Assembly: GCA_035288985.1 (NCBI GenBank)
Contig: DATDYP010000011.1
Location: 7,673-71,672, forward strand
Length of the DNA: 64,000 bases
Reading direction: 5' to 3'
Origin: Candidatus Nanoarchaeia archaeon
GTDB lineage: Archaea; Nanobdellota; Nanobdellia; Woesearchaeales; GW2011-AR9
The notes under the pieces: model-generated
What the model was told of the DNA's origin: nothing
Database searches by the model: none
Seen by the model: the letters and a program-made list of their open reading frames with translations, nothing else
Part shown: positions 9,132-18,685 of the stretch, in pieces
How the letters are laid out: every line of letters begins with the position of its first letter
Position numbering within the stretch: position 1 is the first letter of the stretch
Program-made: the position numbers and the translations under genes

Positions 9132-10610
9132 ATGAAGTATAAGGTTAAGGATATGGATATTGCTACCGGCGGCGCATTGGTGGCAATCCTTAACCAAAGT
9201 GATTCCCAGAAGCTTGATCTGCACTCCGGCGACCGCATCCTGGTCAAGCATAACCACCGCTTCATCACCTGCGTCTTAGACATCTCTGAAAGCAAGAAAG
9301 CCGTCCCGCCGGGAAGGATTGGCTTGTTTGAAGAAGTTCTTGATAAGCTGCATGTCAAGGATGGCATGATCGTCAAGCTGGGCTTCACCGGCAAGCCGGA
9401 ATCTGTTAAGCACATCCGTGATAAATTATTGGGAAAAGAACTCAATGCTAAGGAATTATACCATATTACAGATGATATTACACACGATCGGCTGACCGAT
9501 ATTGAGAAAACCTATTTCGTGGCCGCGTCCTTTACGCAGGGATTAAGCCTGAAAGAAGTTATCGGTTTGACGAAGGCGATGGTCAAAACAGGTAAGACGC
9601 TAAAATTCCCTGGAATTACGATCGACAAGCACTGTATCGGAGGAGTTCCGGGAAACAGGACGACGATGATCGTTGTGCCGATCGTTGCTGCCGCAGGGTA
9701 CACGATTCCAAAAACTAGCTCGCGGGCAATTACTTCACCTGCAGGAACTGCCGATACGATGGAATGCCTGGCTAGAGTGGAGATGTCGGAAGCAAAGATT
9801 AAACATGTTGTGCATAAAACAGGAGCATGCATTGCCCACGGCGGCTCTATCAATCTCGCTCCTGCCGATGACAAAATCATCGAAGTTGAACATCCTCTTT
9901 CCATCGATGCAGAAGGCCAGTTATTGGCATCCGTCATGGCTAAGAAACATTCCGTAAGCGCCAATCATGTGCTGATAGACATCCCCATGGGAAAACATGT
10001 AAAAGCGCGGAATCTGAAAGAAGCAAATCACCTTAAAAAAATGTTTCAGCTGATCGGCAAAAAATTAAACATGAATGTCAAGGTAGTCATTACCGACGGC
10101 TCCCATCCTATCGGCAACGGTATCGGCCCATTATTGGAAGCGAAAGATGTGATGGCCGTGTTGCGCAATGATCCTGCAGCTCCGCAAGACTTACGGGAAA
10201 AGTCATTGATGCTGGCAGGACAATTGCTGGAACTAGTCTGTGAATGCGAGAAAGGCCAAGGGCTGCAGGTGGCGCAGGAAATTTTAGAAAGCGGTAAAGC
10301 GCTGCATAAGATGAATGAGATCATTAAAGCTCAGGGAAAGCAAAAAATGCCAGAATTGGGAAAGAATCACCACCAAGTGCATAGTCAAAGATCAGGAAAG
10401 ATTGTTGAAATCGATAATGATGTCATCGCCAAGCTGGCAAGAATCGCCGGGGCTCCGAAAGATAAGGGTTCAGGGCTCTACATCTCCAGAAAGATCGGCG
10501 AGCATGTCAGAAAAGGAGACCTTCTTTATACCATCTATGCAGAAAACGGGTTTAAGCTAAGGCTGGCCTTGGAATTGCTGCAGAAAAATACAGGATATAT
10601 CATTCATTAA
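9132..10610 (+). CDS. deoA: AMP phosphorylase (archaeal thymidine-phosphorylase-family enzyme with N-terminal extension)
   Basis: The N-terminal extension domain (MKYKVKDMDIATGGALVAILNQSDSQKLDLHSGDRI) is followed by a glycosyltransferase-family-3/pyrimidine-nucleoside-phosphorylase core (GGVPGNRTTMIVVPIVAAAGYTIPKTSSRAITSPAGTADTME). A TATA box sits at about 9058-9067. The ORF track starts at GTG 9108; I chose ATG 9132 by analogy with characterised AMPpase N-termini. Confidence 0.75.
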   Translation: MKYKVKDMDIATGGALVAILNQSDSQKLDLHSGDRILVKHNHRFITCVLDISESKKAVPPGRIGLFEEVLDKLHVKDGMIVKLGFTGKPESVKHIRDKLLGKELNAKELYHITDDITHDRLTDIEKTYFVAASFTQGLSLKEVIGLTKAMVKTGKTLKFPGITIDKHCIGGVPGNRTTMIVVPIVAAAGYTIPKTSSRAITSPAGTADTMECLARVEMSEAKIKHVVHKTGACIAHGGSINLAPADDKIIEVEHPLSIDAEGQLLASVMAKKHSVSANHVLIDIPMGKHVKARNLKEANHLKKMFQLIGKKLNMNVKVVITDGSHPIGNGIGPLLEAKDVMAVLRNDPAAPQDLREKSLMLAGQLLELVCECEKGQGLQVAQEILESGKALHKMNEIIKAQGKQKMPELGKNHHQVHSQRSGKIVEIDNDVIAKLARIAGAPKDKGSGLYISRKIGEHVRKGDLLYTIYAENGFKLRLALELLQKNTGYIIH

Positions 10611-10647
10611 ATTCTATTTAACTTGATTGATTCTAACTAGATTGGTT

Positions 10648-10720
10648 TATAGCAAGTCTGGTTAGTTAAGGAACAATCAAATTGTTCATTGAATGAAATT
10701 TAGCGACCAGACTTGCTTAT
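10648..10720. terminator. Compound hairpin between convergent genes (12-bp perfect inverted repeat enclosing a 7-bp inner hairpin)
   Basis: AGCAAGTCTGGT (10651-10662) pairs with ACCAGACTTGCT (10706-10717). The inner hairpin is GAACAAT-CAA-ATTGTTC (10670-10686). The element is flanked by T-rich runs and lies between the stop of deoA and the stop of the ABC permease. Confidence 0.4.
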
Positions 10721-10760
10721 TAGAAAATCTGGGTCAAAGATCATTTATTTTCCAGATTTT

Positions 10761-12998
10761 CTATAGTTGAGGATCTGAGGTGCTGGAGCTCGGTGATGCT
10801 ACTTCTGAACTCCTCCTTCTGTTTCGCCGCGCTTTTTGCCGCAGCAAGCTCTTTTTTCTTTTCGTAGTTTTCTTCTCAGAGTCAGCCATGCTTGTCTGCT
10901 GGGACTGTACTGATGGTATTTGGACGTCTTCCTGCACAGACGATTCCTCCTGCGTATCGGGCTTGCTGGTGTCCCATTGGATGTGCAGCCGAGGAAGTTT
11001 CCAGGATCTAGTTTCAACTGCTACTGACTGAGTAGAGGTTTGCTTAACTTGCTGTTCCCGCACCGCTTCCTGCAATGACTGGCTGTTGGAGAGAAGACCG
11101 ATCATCTCTTCTCTTGTTGCTGCTTTCTTCATTCTACGTGCCAGCTTCACATCCCTAAAGGCATCCTTGAGCCAGAGGGCAATTTCGTTGCCGCCCTTGT
11201 TCACATAAATGCCAAAATCTTCTTCACTGATTTTCTTGAGGGCCCGCAGCAGCTCCTCCTTATTCTTGATCAGCGTCCCGTCCTGCAGGCGGAAGCAGTT
11301 GTCTTTCGTAACATGGGGCTTTCGCAGGACATTCCTATTTGCTGAGCCTTCAAAGAACCAGGTGGAAGAGAGCTTTTGGAACACAACTACTAACAGCGCG
11401 GTAACAAGCACATAGGCACCCAGCAAGGCTAGGCTCTTGCTCAATCCGCTGAAGCCAACATTAAATAAAACAGATTCCTTAATCAGTTCTGCGCTGAGCA
11501 TATAAGGTGTAGAGGAAATGACAGTCCTGATGATCTTAGGGAAACTCTCTACTGGCAGGATCACGTTTGATAAAAACAGGAATAAACTGCCGACCGAAAT
11601 CGAAGCGATAGTCGTCCCTTCCTGGCTTTTGAACAGATGCCCTATCAATGTTCCAAGAAGCACGAAGAAACTGACGCTTAAGAATAAAATGACGACAGTG
11701 ACAATAATGTTTTCCAATAGCGCAATCTTGAGATAATAGAGTGCGGCAGTCAGGATTACCGCCAGCTGCGAAAAGAGGATGGTAATGTTGGTCAGGTATC
11801 CTCCTAAGAGATGGTGCATGCCGCTGGTAGGTGCAGTAAAGGTCTTGAAGAAGGCCCGTGATTTTTTCTCCATCACTACCAAAGTGCTGGCAAGCATGAT
11901 TCCTACAAAAAGAATGATCAAAGTCAGGAAATAAGGAAACATGAAGATCGACCTGTTTGTGGAAGAGAGGATCGGATTTACAGAAACCTCCACGGGGCTG
12001 ACGATACTGGCAGCTGAGGTGATTTTTAAGCTGTCAATCTTGTCCTTAGTAGCCTGGATGCTTCCTTCCACTTCGCTTATTTTTAATTCGATGCTGCCGA
12101 CTTCTCCTTGAACACTATTAGCATTATCGGTAATGACAGCGATATTCTCACTTGTTGAGCTTATTTTTTTGTTAACGTCATCCAGCACGCCTTGCAGGGC
12201 AGTGGTGGCATTGTTAATGTTATAAGTCTCATTCTTTGATACAGTCTTGAGGCTGACATAGCTTTTCTTCAGATCTGAAGAGGCATCTTCTGAACTATCG
12301 AGATACTCATCCAAATCCTCCAGCAACTGCTCTGTTTCATTCTTAAGCGTTTCTGTCGAGTTATCTATTGATTTAACAGTATTCTTGGCTATAGACAGCC
12401 CTGCTGTTGCATCGCCTAAGCTGCTTTCTTCGCTTTTAGATTTGATTTCCTTTGTTTTTGATTCGACAGAATCGACTTTTGCCTTGATCTCGCCCAATGC
12501 TGCTGTCTCCTGGGCAAGCTGGTCAGCGGTGAGATCAACAGTATCTACCAAGCCTTGAGTGAGTGATAAGGTAATCTCCTCAGATTTGATGCCCACAGTT
12601 GAGGAGAGCGAGGAAATAATGGATTCAACAAGATTCATCCGTGACTGGTCTACATAAAACTCGATGGTATTGACCTTATCATTTTCAAGGACAAAATTTT
12701 CCGGAAGCTTGAGGCAGATATTTGCATTTCCCATGTGGATCTGCTTCTCGCACTCCTCAACACCACCATAATAAGAGATGGCATAGCCGCTGTCATGCAG
12801 CTGGGTAATGAATTGGTCGGTAAGTTCGCCTTCTCCGGCTGCAATTACCCCTACTGTTAGGCTGTACTCCTGCGCATTGGATAAAGCAAGAGCAATAAGG
12901 GCAACAAGCAGCAGCGGTCCTACCACTACGACAAAGGCTGATGATTTAGTCCTGAGCAGGATCTTAAAGTTCTTGACAATAATGTTCCATAATTTCAT
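10761..12998 (-). CDS. ABC-2-type transporter permease with large YhgE/Pip-like coiled-coil ectodomain and basic C-terminal tail
   Basis: One N-terminal TM helix is followed by a roughly 300-aa extracytoplasmic coiled-coil region (repeated LxxxLxxxIxxL heptads). A six-TM ABC-2 membrane domain comes next, then a roughly 200-aa hydrophilic Lys/Arg/Ser-rich tail. The gene overlaps the upstream ATPase gene by 4 nt. Confidence 0.6.
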   Translation of the reverse strand: MKLWNIIVKNFKILLRTKSSAFVVVVGPLLLVALIALALSNAQEYSLTVGVIAAGEGELTDQFITQLHDSGYAISYYGGVEECEKQIHMGNANICLKLPENFVLENDKVNTIEFYVDQSRMNLVESIISSLSSTVGIKSEEITLSLTQGLVDTVDLTADQLAQETAALGEIKAKVDSVESKTKEIKSKSEESSLGDATAGLSIAKNTVKSIDNSTETLKNETEQLLEDLDEYLDSSEDASSDLKKSYVSLKTVSKNETYNINNATTALQGVLDDVNKKISSTSENIAVITDNANSVQGEVGSIELKISEVEGSIQATKDKIDSLKITSAASIVSPVEVSVNPILSSTNRSIFMFPYFLTLIILFVGIMLASTLVVMEKKSRAFFKTFTAPTSGMHHLLGGYLTNITILFSQLAVILTAALYYLKIALLENIIVTVVILFLSVSFFVLLGTLIGHLFKSQEGTTIASISVGSLFLFLSNVILPVESFPKIIRTVISSTPYMLSAELIKESVLFNVGFSGLSKSLALLGAYVLVTALLVVVFQKLSSTWFFEGSANRNVLRKPHVTKDNCFRLQDGTLIKNKEELLRALKKISEEDFGIYVNKGGNEIALWLKDAFRDVKLARRMKKAATREEMIGLLSNSQSLQEAVREQQVKQTSTQSVAVETRSWKLPRLHIQWDTSKPDTQEESSVQEDVQIPSVQSQQTSMADSEKKTTKRKKSLLRQKARRNRRRSSEVASPSSSTSDPQL

Positions 12999-14038
12999 TT
13001 TCGTTTTCTTTTCTTTCCTTTTTTCTGTTTTCTTTTCTTTTCGCCCTCTTCTAGTTCTTCAGTTATCTTCTTAAAGACATGATCAAGACTCGGCTTTACT
13101 GATTCTATATTTATCAGTTTCTCACCAACAGCATTAACTGCCCTGATCAGAGCAGGCAGCACTTCACCGGCTCTTTTTGTGTGCAGCACCAACATTTTAT
13201 CCTTGATCTCAACCTGTTTTATGTCCGAACCGACTTCTCCTGAGCGTTTCAGCTCCGCAACAATGTGTTTATAATCACCCGGAGAGGATCGCAGGTAAAT
13301 TTGTTCATGGCAGGCATTATGTAACTTGATTTCAGATGGTTTTCCCAAAGCTGCGATCCTGGCGTCTTTGATGATCGCTATCCGCGTGCAGGCACTTTCA
13401 ATATGGGACAGCTCATGGCTAGCAACGATAACAGTCGTGCCTCGCTGGTTAATCACCGTCAGCAGTTCCCAGATCCTGCTGCTTAAGATTGGATCCAGAT
13501 CTGCCGTGGGCTCGTCCAGGATTAGAATTTTAGGATCATGGATCAACGAACAAGCGATATCCAACCGCCGCTGCATACCACCCGATAGTTTTGCCGCTAA
13601 AGTATGCTGGGCGTGAGTAAGATCCATCAAGCCGAGCAGCTGCTCCGCATTAGACAGCGCGGACTCTTTAGAGAGATTGTATAAGGCGCCGAAATACAAA
13701 AGGTTCTCGAGAACTGTCAAGCTGGGATAGAAACTAGGGCTTTGTGAGGCAAAGCCGTACAGCTTTTTAAGATCGCTTTGTTTTTTAAATACAGAAACAA
13801 AGGGGTCTTTGCTGCTCTCAGGAAGGTAGCTATCCCTGAACTTGATATCTCCTTTTTCGGGCTTGATAAAACCTACCAAGAGGTTCAGGAGAGTGCTTTT
13901 TCCCGACCCGCTTCCTCCGATAATGCCAAAAATTTCTCCTTCATGAATAGAAAAACTAACATCATTGAAGACGTAATTATTTCCGAAGACCTTTGAAATA
14001 CCTTCTATAAGGTACATTTCCTTGCCAGAGGCAGTCAT
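12995..14038 (-). CDS. ABC transporter ATP-binding protein
   Basis: Walker A is GGSGSGKST, the ABC signature is LSGGMQRRLDIA, Walker B is ILILDEPT, and an H-loop is present. The Lys-rich C-terminal tail is KKRKQKKGKKRKRK. Confidence 0.85.
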   Translation of the reverse strand: MTASGKEMYLIEGISKVFGNNYVFNDVSFSIHEGEIFGIIGGSGSGKSTLLNLLVGFIKPEKGDIKFRDSYLPESSKDPFVSVFKKQSDLKKLYGFASQSPSFYPSLTVLENLLYFGALYNLSKESALSNAEQLLGLMDLTHAQHTLAAKLSGGMQRRLDIACSLIHDPKILILDEPTADLDPILSSRIWELLTVINQRGTTVIVASHELSHIESACTRIAIIKDARIAALGKPSEIKLHNACHEQIYLRSSPGDYKHIVAELKRSGEVGSDIKQVEIKDKMLVLHTKRAGEVLPALIRAVNAVGEKLINIESVKPSLDHVFKKITEELEEGEKKRKQKKGKKRKRK

Positions 14039-14112
14039 GGCCAGAAAGTGGCAAGAGTCTTTTTAAATTAATTGTACCACTAGTGGGTACTAACGCAGTT
14101 ATTTTGAAGGTC

Positions 14113-14553
14113 TTAGGCTCCCAAACCAGTACTGCCAAAGCCGCCTCGGTCATTATTTCTTGCTTCCTCAACTTCTTCAAAATCGGCGCGTTCAAATTTG
14201 ACAAAAACCCCTTGGGCGATCCTGTCCCCTCTCGTGATAGTGATCTCCTGATCGGTCATGTTGTATAATGAAATCATGATCTCGTCATTCGGACCGCAGA
14301 AATCGCTGTCAATCAGCCCGACGCTGTTAGCCAGAAAGATTCCTGGATAATTTTTGGCCAGGCTGCTGCGGGCCATGACCTTAAGCGCATATCCTGGCGG
14401 TGTCTGGATGATCGTATTTGCCGGCGCCTTTGCCCATCCTTTGGCTGGGATGATGGTGGTTTCACGGACATAAAAATCAAACCCGGCCGCGCCTTGTGTT
14501 TTATATTGCGGTACGGGAAGTGTTTTGTCAACTCGTAGTATTCGCACTTTCAT
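14113..14553 (-). CDS. dut: dUTP diphosphatase (dUTPase)
   Basis: All five dUTPase motifs are recognisable: GAAGFDF (motif 1), GLIDSDFCGPNDE (motif 3), RGDRIAQ (motif 4) and the C-terminal RGGFGSTG (motif 5). Confidence 0.75.
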   Translation of the reverse strand: MKVRILRVDKTLPVPQYKTQGAAGFDFYVRETTIIPAKGWAKAPANTIIQTPPGYALKVMARSSLAKNYPGIFLANSVGLIDSDFCGPNDEIMISLYNMTDQEITITRGDRIAQGVFVKFERADFEEVEEARNNDRGGFGSTGLGA

Positions 14554-14644
14554 AGTTTTACGAGCGAGGTGTGTTTTTTAATGATTGTTGTTCTTTAAAA
14601 GTGGGATGAAGTTTTTTATTTTGAGAATCATCTTTAGGCTTTTC

Positions 14645-15379
14645 TCACAACTTCCTGCAAAAGGTCAAGAAACCAGTATGTCCGAGCATCTGAAATTCAG
14701 GGCGCATGGTCTTCTCAGTAATATTCCACTTACGTTCAATCAGTTCGAGTGTTTCCTGTACGCTGATAGAGGTGCCTTTTGTTGAATCAATGAATTGTTT
14801 AACTTGATTTAAGTTAGGAAGATAGACTACCAGATAAGCCCCCTCTTTCAACGCTTTCTCTGCATGTCTTGTAACCTGCCATGGTTCCGGCAAGTCTAAG
14901 GTAACTAAATCCAGATCCTTCTCTTTGATGCCTTTATAGACATTATCCCGCTTTAAGATTATATTGGTCAGACCAAAGGCTTTAGCATTCTTCTGGATGA
15001 TCTCAACATTCTCCGGACTTATTTCGTACACTGTAACTTCCTTGCAGATGTTGGCTACGGACAGGCATAGTGATCCGGAACCGCCGCCGGCATCGAGAAC
15101 CTTAGAGTGCTTGTTTATTCCGGTCTTGGCGATAATCAGGCCTATATCTTTCTGCAGGATGATCTGCGGCCCACGTTTTAGATTTTCCCATAAATCAGGG
15201 AAGGTTGGATGTACCAGCAGGAAGGTTTGACCCTGGCTTGATTTCACTGTAGCACTCTTGCCTTTGAGATCCTTGCTTTTGATGATTCCGGAAGAAGTAT
15301 GAAAATCTTCGTCCAGATCTTTCACAAAAAACTTTTTTCCAGTCTTAGCTTCGATAAGAATTTTTTGGACAGTTCGCAT
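14645..15379 (-). CDS. trmI: tRNA (adenine-N1)-methyltransferase TrmI (Gcd14 family)
   Basis: SAM motif VLDAGGGSGSL plus Gcd14-like N-terminal and C-terminal regions; 244 aa. Confidence 0.75.
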   Translation of the reverse strand: MRTVQKILIEAKTGKKFFVKDLDEDFHTSSGIIKSKDLKGKSATVKSSQGQTFLLVHPTFPDLWENLKRGPQIILQKDIGLIIAKTGINKHSKVLDAGGGSGSLCLSVANICKEVTVYEISPENVEIIQKNAKAFGLTNIILKRDNVYKGIKEKDLDLVTLDLPEPWQVTRHAEKALKEGAYLVVYLPNLNQVKQFIDSTKGTSISVQETLELIERKWNITEKTMRPEFQMLGHTGFLTFCRKL

Positions 15380-15447
15380 GGGCTTTGAAAGAGGCAGCTC
15401 TTTTTAAAATTTGTCTATAACCTAGCCTAGTAGGAATCTGCACTACC

Positions 15448-15945
15448 TTACAACAACGGCAATTGAAGAAATGAAAACCGCTCAGGAATACGCTGCGGCC
15501 CTATAACTCCATTTCTGCGAATATAATCGGTAAGGCTTGGATCGTTTCTGTAATAAAACCAGGCCCACCAGTTTATCTGGTCCTCGCTGTGCCGGGTATG
15601 CAGATCCAAGTCCATAACAAGGTATTCAAACGCATGCAGCCATTCATGATTGATAGCGTGGTCTTCAAGTCTTTTCCCTTCCAGTCGTGTTGCAGGGTTA
15701 ATGCCGATAAGCTTTAAGTCGGGAAGCCATTCTGAGGGAGGATCGCATGACAGCATGGAATAATCATAAAACATCCTGACTCCTTCTCCCACGAGATAAT
15801 CGACCCAGTGGCGGTTGAAATCCCGCAGAGATAAGATCGCCATTGATGAGAAAAATGCATCAAAAAATATAAATGTACCGTCAAAAACCAGCAAAATATG
15901 ACCTTTATGAACAATAAAAAAACCTTCCTGGCTAAAGTAGACCAA
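15448..15945 (-). CDS. Hypothetical protein with HExxH motif (possible zincin-like metallopeptidase)
   Basis: Contains NHEWLHAFE (HExxH). The 5' end overlaps the divergent Taw3 gene by about 50 nt, so the true start may be the internal Met at 15843. Confidence 0.35.
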   Translation of the reverse strand: MVYFSQEGFFIVHKGHILLVFDGTFIFFDAFFSSMAILSLRDFNRHWVDYLVGEGVRMFYDYSMLSCDPPSEWLPDLKLIGINPATRLEGKRLEDHAINHEWLHAFEYLVMDLDLHTRHSEDQINWWAWFYYRNDPSLTDYIRRNGVIGPQRIPERFSFLQLPLL

Positions 15946-16587
15946 AGCAAGAAGGGAAGTATAGATGCACGGGTAACTCCACTACTTGACACCATTAACA
16001 AGAAAGCAGATTACTACACTACCTCTTCCTGTTCGGGCCGGGTCTATCTCTGGAAAGGAACAGAGAAGAAATCAGAAATGGAATGGCTGAGAGTAAGCCA
16101 TGATCTTATTGACGAGGATTTTGTCAAAATAGGACTGGGCGGACCATCGGTCAATAGACCGATGGCATGTTCGCTTTCGCTCACCGCCCAGCCTAATTTT
16201 GAACACGCAAGTATTCCACAAATAATTAGTGGTTTGCTTGCAAACCACCATTCACTAGAATGGTGGAATACTCCGCGTTTTAATATTGAAAAATCAGGAG
16301 TGGTATGGCTTCGCTTGGAGCCATTCATCCTTCACGTGGCCTGTAAAGACTTGGAGTGCGCCAGTGCTTTCCTTGAAAAAGCGCGAAGAGTCTACAAGAA
16401 AAGCTCCCTGCTCAGCACGGGCAGCAAAATCATGGTGGAAGTGCGAGGCTCTGAATTTATCGAGATGCCGTTGTACAAGGATGGCAAACTTCTTTTTTGT
16501 GGTGATAAAGAATGGTTGAGAAAGATGATCAATACTAAATTACAGAAAATATGGGCTGGAACGGCTACGTTTGCAAAGAATATCTAA
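15898..16587 (+). CDS. taw3: tRNA wybutosine-synthesizing protein 3 homolog (Taw3/TYW3 methyltransferase)
   Basis: TYW3-family features are DARVTPLLDTINKKADYYTTSSCSGRV and a conserved C-terminal half. An alternative start at 15907 is possible. Confidence 0.65.
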   Translation: MTFMNNKKTFLAKVDQSKKGSIDARVTPLLDTINKKADYYTTSSCSGRVYLWKGTEKKSEMEWLRVSHDLIDEDFVKIGLGGPSVNRPMACSLSLTAQPNFEHASIPQIISGLLANHHSLEWWNTPRFNIEKSGVVWLRLEPFILHVACKDLECASAFLEKARRVYKKSSLLSTGSKIMVEVRGSEFIEMPLYKDGKLLFCGDKEWLRKMINTKLQKIWAGTATFAKNI

Positions 16588-16639
16588 TAACAGCCATCAA
16601 AGAAAATAAAGATAAATAAAATATAAAAAAAAGGATTAA

Positions 16640-18661
16640 TTACCTTTTCTTCTTTACCAAAACAGCAAAAGTCAGCACTGCTGCAACGAAGGCAAGGATG
16701 ACCAGCACGCCCAGGAAGACTACATACTCATCACTTTCCCGGAAGGAAGCCTTAGCAGTCTTGGCAGTCTCTTTGGAGAGTACATAACTTTCCAGCTTCT
16801 GCTGCAGTTCTGCCTTCAGCGCATCATAATCCTGTTCGGTCTCGCTCTTACTGGTAACAGCAGAAGCGCAGCCTTTAACTTCCAGCTCAACATCTTCTGT
16901 CGCTTCCAACTCGCCGTCCCTGTACACTTCCACTGTCAGAAGGTGTTTGCCTTCTGCAGCTTCAGTAAGCAGGATCTGGAATGATTTAGAGTATTCAGTA
17001 TCATCTCCTGAATATTTGTCCAGTTCGATATCGGATTTTACAAGGTTGATTGCAAGATCATCGTTTCGTACCTTTATTTCAAGATCATCTTCATCGCTCT
17101 TGCCAACATTCTTAATCTCGACATCAAGGGTAAGCTGCTTAGTGGCTGAACATTGCAGCAAGGTTGAGGAAAGTTCTGCCTGAGTGATGATGACCTGATG
17201 TTTTTCCCGTTCAACATTCAGAGTGTACTTTTCTACTGTTATATGAACTGTGCCGTCATCAGCTTCGCCTTCAACAGTAACTTCAAGGACATATTCTTCC
17301 TCGTCAAGATCTTCTCCTTGTAAGTCAAACTCGAAAGTTTCTTCCTGCTCATCGCCGTCTTTCAGCTCAAATTCGTCGCTTTCCTCTTCTAAGTCATCAC
17401 CGTCAACATCAAGAAGCTCAACAGTGATAGTAACATCATCCATGTCTTCAGTGTATTCGTTCTTAACTTCAACAGTAACGTCGTTGACATCTTCAAGTGA
17501 AAGGTCGCCTGTTGTTTTGCCATTGACTTTTACTTTTGTAATGTCGAGAAAACTCTTCGGCAGCACATAGATTTGAGCTTCTTTCGTCACAGGCTGGTTA
17601 TCTTCATTTGTTCCCATTACTTTGAAAGTGCCAATGCTGTGTTTATTGGTATCTTCATCATCAGGTACTTTGATCTGAAGAGTTACCGAAGCCGGTTCAC
17701 CGGGAGAAAGCACTAGCTCATCTCCAGACAATCCTTCGGTAATCAGCGCCGCGTACTTGCTATTAACGTCGACAAGTTGGACGCTTACATTGCTTAACGT
17801 TTCTACCGTGCCGTTATTCTTGAACGTAAAAGTAGTTAGTACAGTCTTGCCTCGCAGGACATCGTTGAAAAGGATTTCTGAGATTTCGAAATCAGCAGCT
17901 TCGACAACTTGGTATGTTGAAAATCCTGCAACAGTGAAGACAAATTTTCCGTTTCCGTTACTGACAACCGTACATCCTACAGTACACTTTTCAAAATCCT
18001 CGTCATTTCCAGATTTCAGAATGACAGGCTTTTGGTATGTTTTCTTGACTGTAACTTTTCCACCCAGTTCTAGATGGCTGTCTGTCGGCAAGTCACCAGA
18101 ATCTACGGAAACTTTTCCATCTTCTATTGAAACATAATCAACAAGTTTCAGAATCTCTGAAAGATCAACTTTGCCATTCATTCCCGTGAATTCTATTGTG
18201 CCAAAGCTGTTTTCAAGCACGAAGTTTTCAACCTGTGTTGGGTCAGCAACAGTATCAAGGGCGGTAGTTCCAGCACCTGGGAATTGGCTTATGTCAACAG
18301 GCCTGTCGGCAACGTGAACATTCCATGATTTGGTTAGTTCAGAATCATCATTTACTGTTACTTTTATTACATAATCGTCTGCTTCATTGGAAGGAGCGTC
18401 GAATATGTACGAATCGCTATCCATACCTACATCATCGCCATCCAGAGACCATTGGTAGCTAATCATAACATCATCAGGATTATTCATCGTTACACTAAAT
18501 GTCTGGGAATCGCCATCTTTCATTACAAAAGGGCTTTCAGGGGCAGTTTCATCAAAGGTTAGTGCCAGCGCACTGCCGACAGTTATCAATAACGCCAATA
18601 CAAAGGCGATTACAAGTCCAAGTTTTTTTGTTTCCATTTTGTCTACCTCAATAGTAAACAT
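16640..18661 (-). CDS. Acidic cell-surface (S-layer-like) protein with CARDB-like repeats and C-terminal TM anchor
   Basis: 673 aa with a signal peptide. Multiple Asp/Glu-rich beta-domain repeats are present (e.g. TVEVKNEYTEDMDDVTITVELLDVDGDD). The C-terminus has a hydrophobic helix followed by KKKR. Confidence 0.6.
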   Translation of the reverse strand: MFTIEVDKMETKKLGLVIAFVLALLITVGSALALTFDETAPESPFVMKDGDSQTFSVTMNNPDDVMISYQWSLDGDDVGMDSDSYIFDAPSNEADDYVIKVTVNDDSELTKSWNVHVADRPVDISQFPGAGTTALDTVADPTQVENFVLENSFGTIEFTGMNGKVDLSEILKLVDYVSIEDGKVSVDSGDLPTDSHLELGGKVTVKKTYQKPVILKSGNDEDFEKCTVGCTVVSNGNGKFVFTVAGFSTYQVVEAADFEISEILFNDVLRGKTVLTTFTFKNNGTVETLSNVSVQLVDVNSKYAALITEGLSGDELVLSPGEPASVTLQIKVPDDEDTNKHSIGTFKVMGTNEDNQPVTKEAQIYVLPKSFLDITKVKVNGKTTGDLSLEDVNDVTVEVKNEYTEDMDDVTITVELLDVDGDDLEEESDEFELKDGDEQEETFEFDLQGEDLDEEEYVLEVTVEGEADDGTVHITVEKYTLNVEREKHQVIITQAELSSTLLQCSATKQLTLDVEIKNVGKSDEDDLEIKVRNDDLAINLVKSDIELDKYSGDDTEYSKSFQILLTEAAEGKHLLTVEVYRDGELEATEDVELEVKGCASAVTSKSETEQDYDALKAELQQKLESYVLSKETAKTAKASFRESDEYVVFLGVLVILAFVAAVLTFAVLVKKKR

Positions 18662-18685
18662 CCTACCACCAAGTATTAATCTAAT

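Noticed and set aside
17250-17570. Ser-rich ORFs on the plus strand inside the surface-protein genes (also 19179..19517)
   Set aside because: They are the reverse-complement reading of GAx/GAy acidic codon repeats, a classic antisense artefact.
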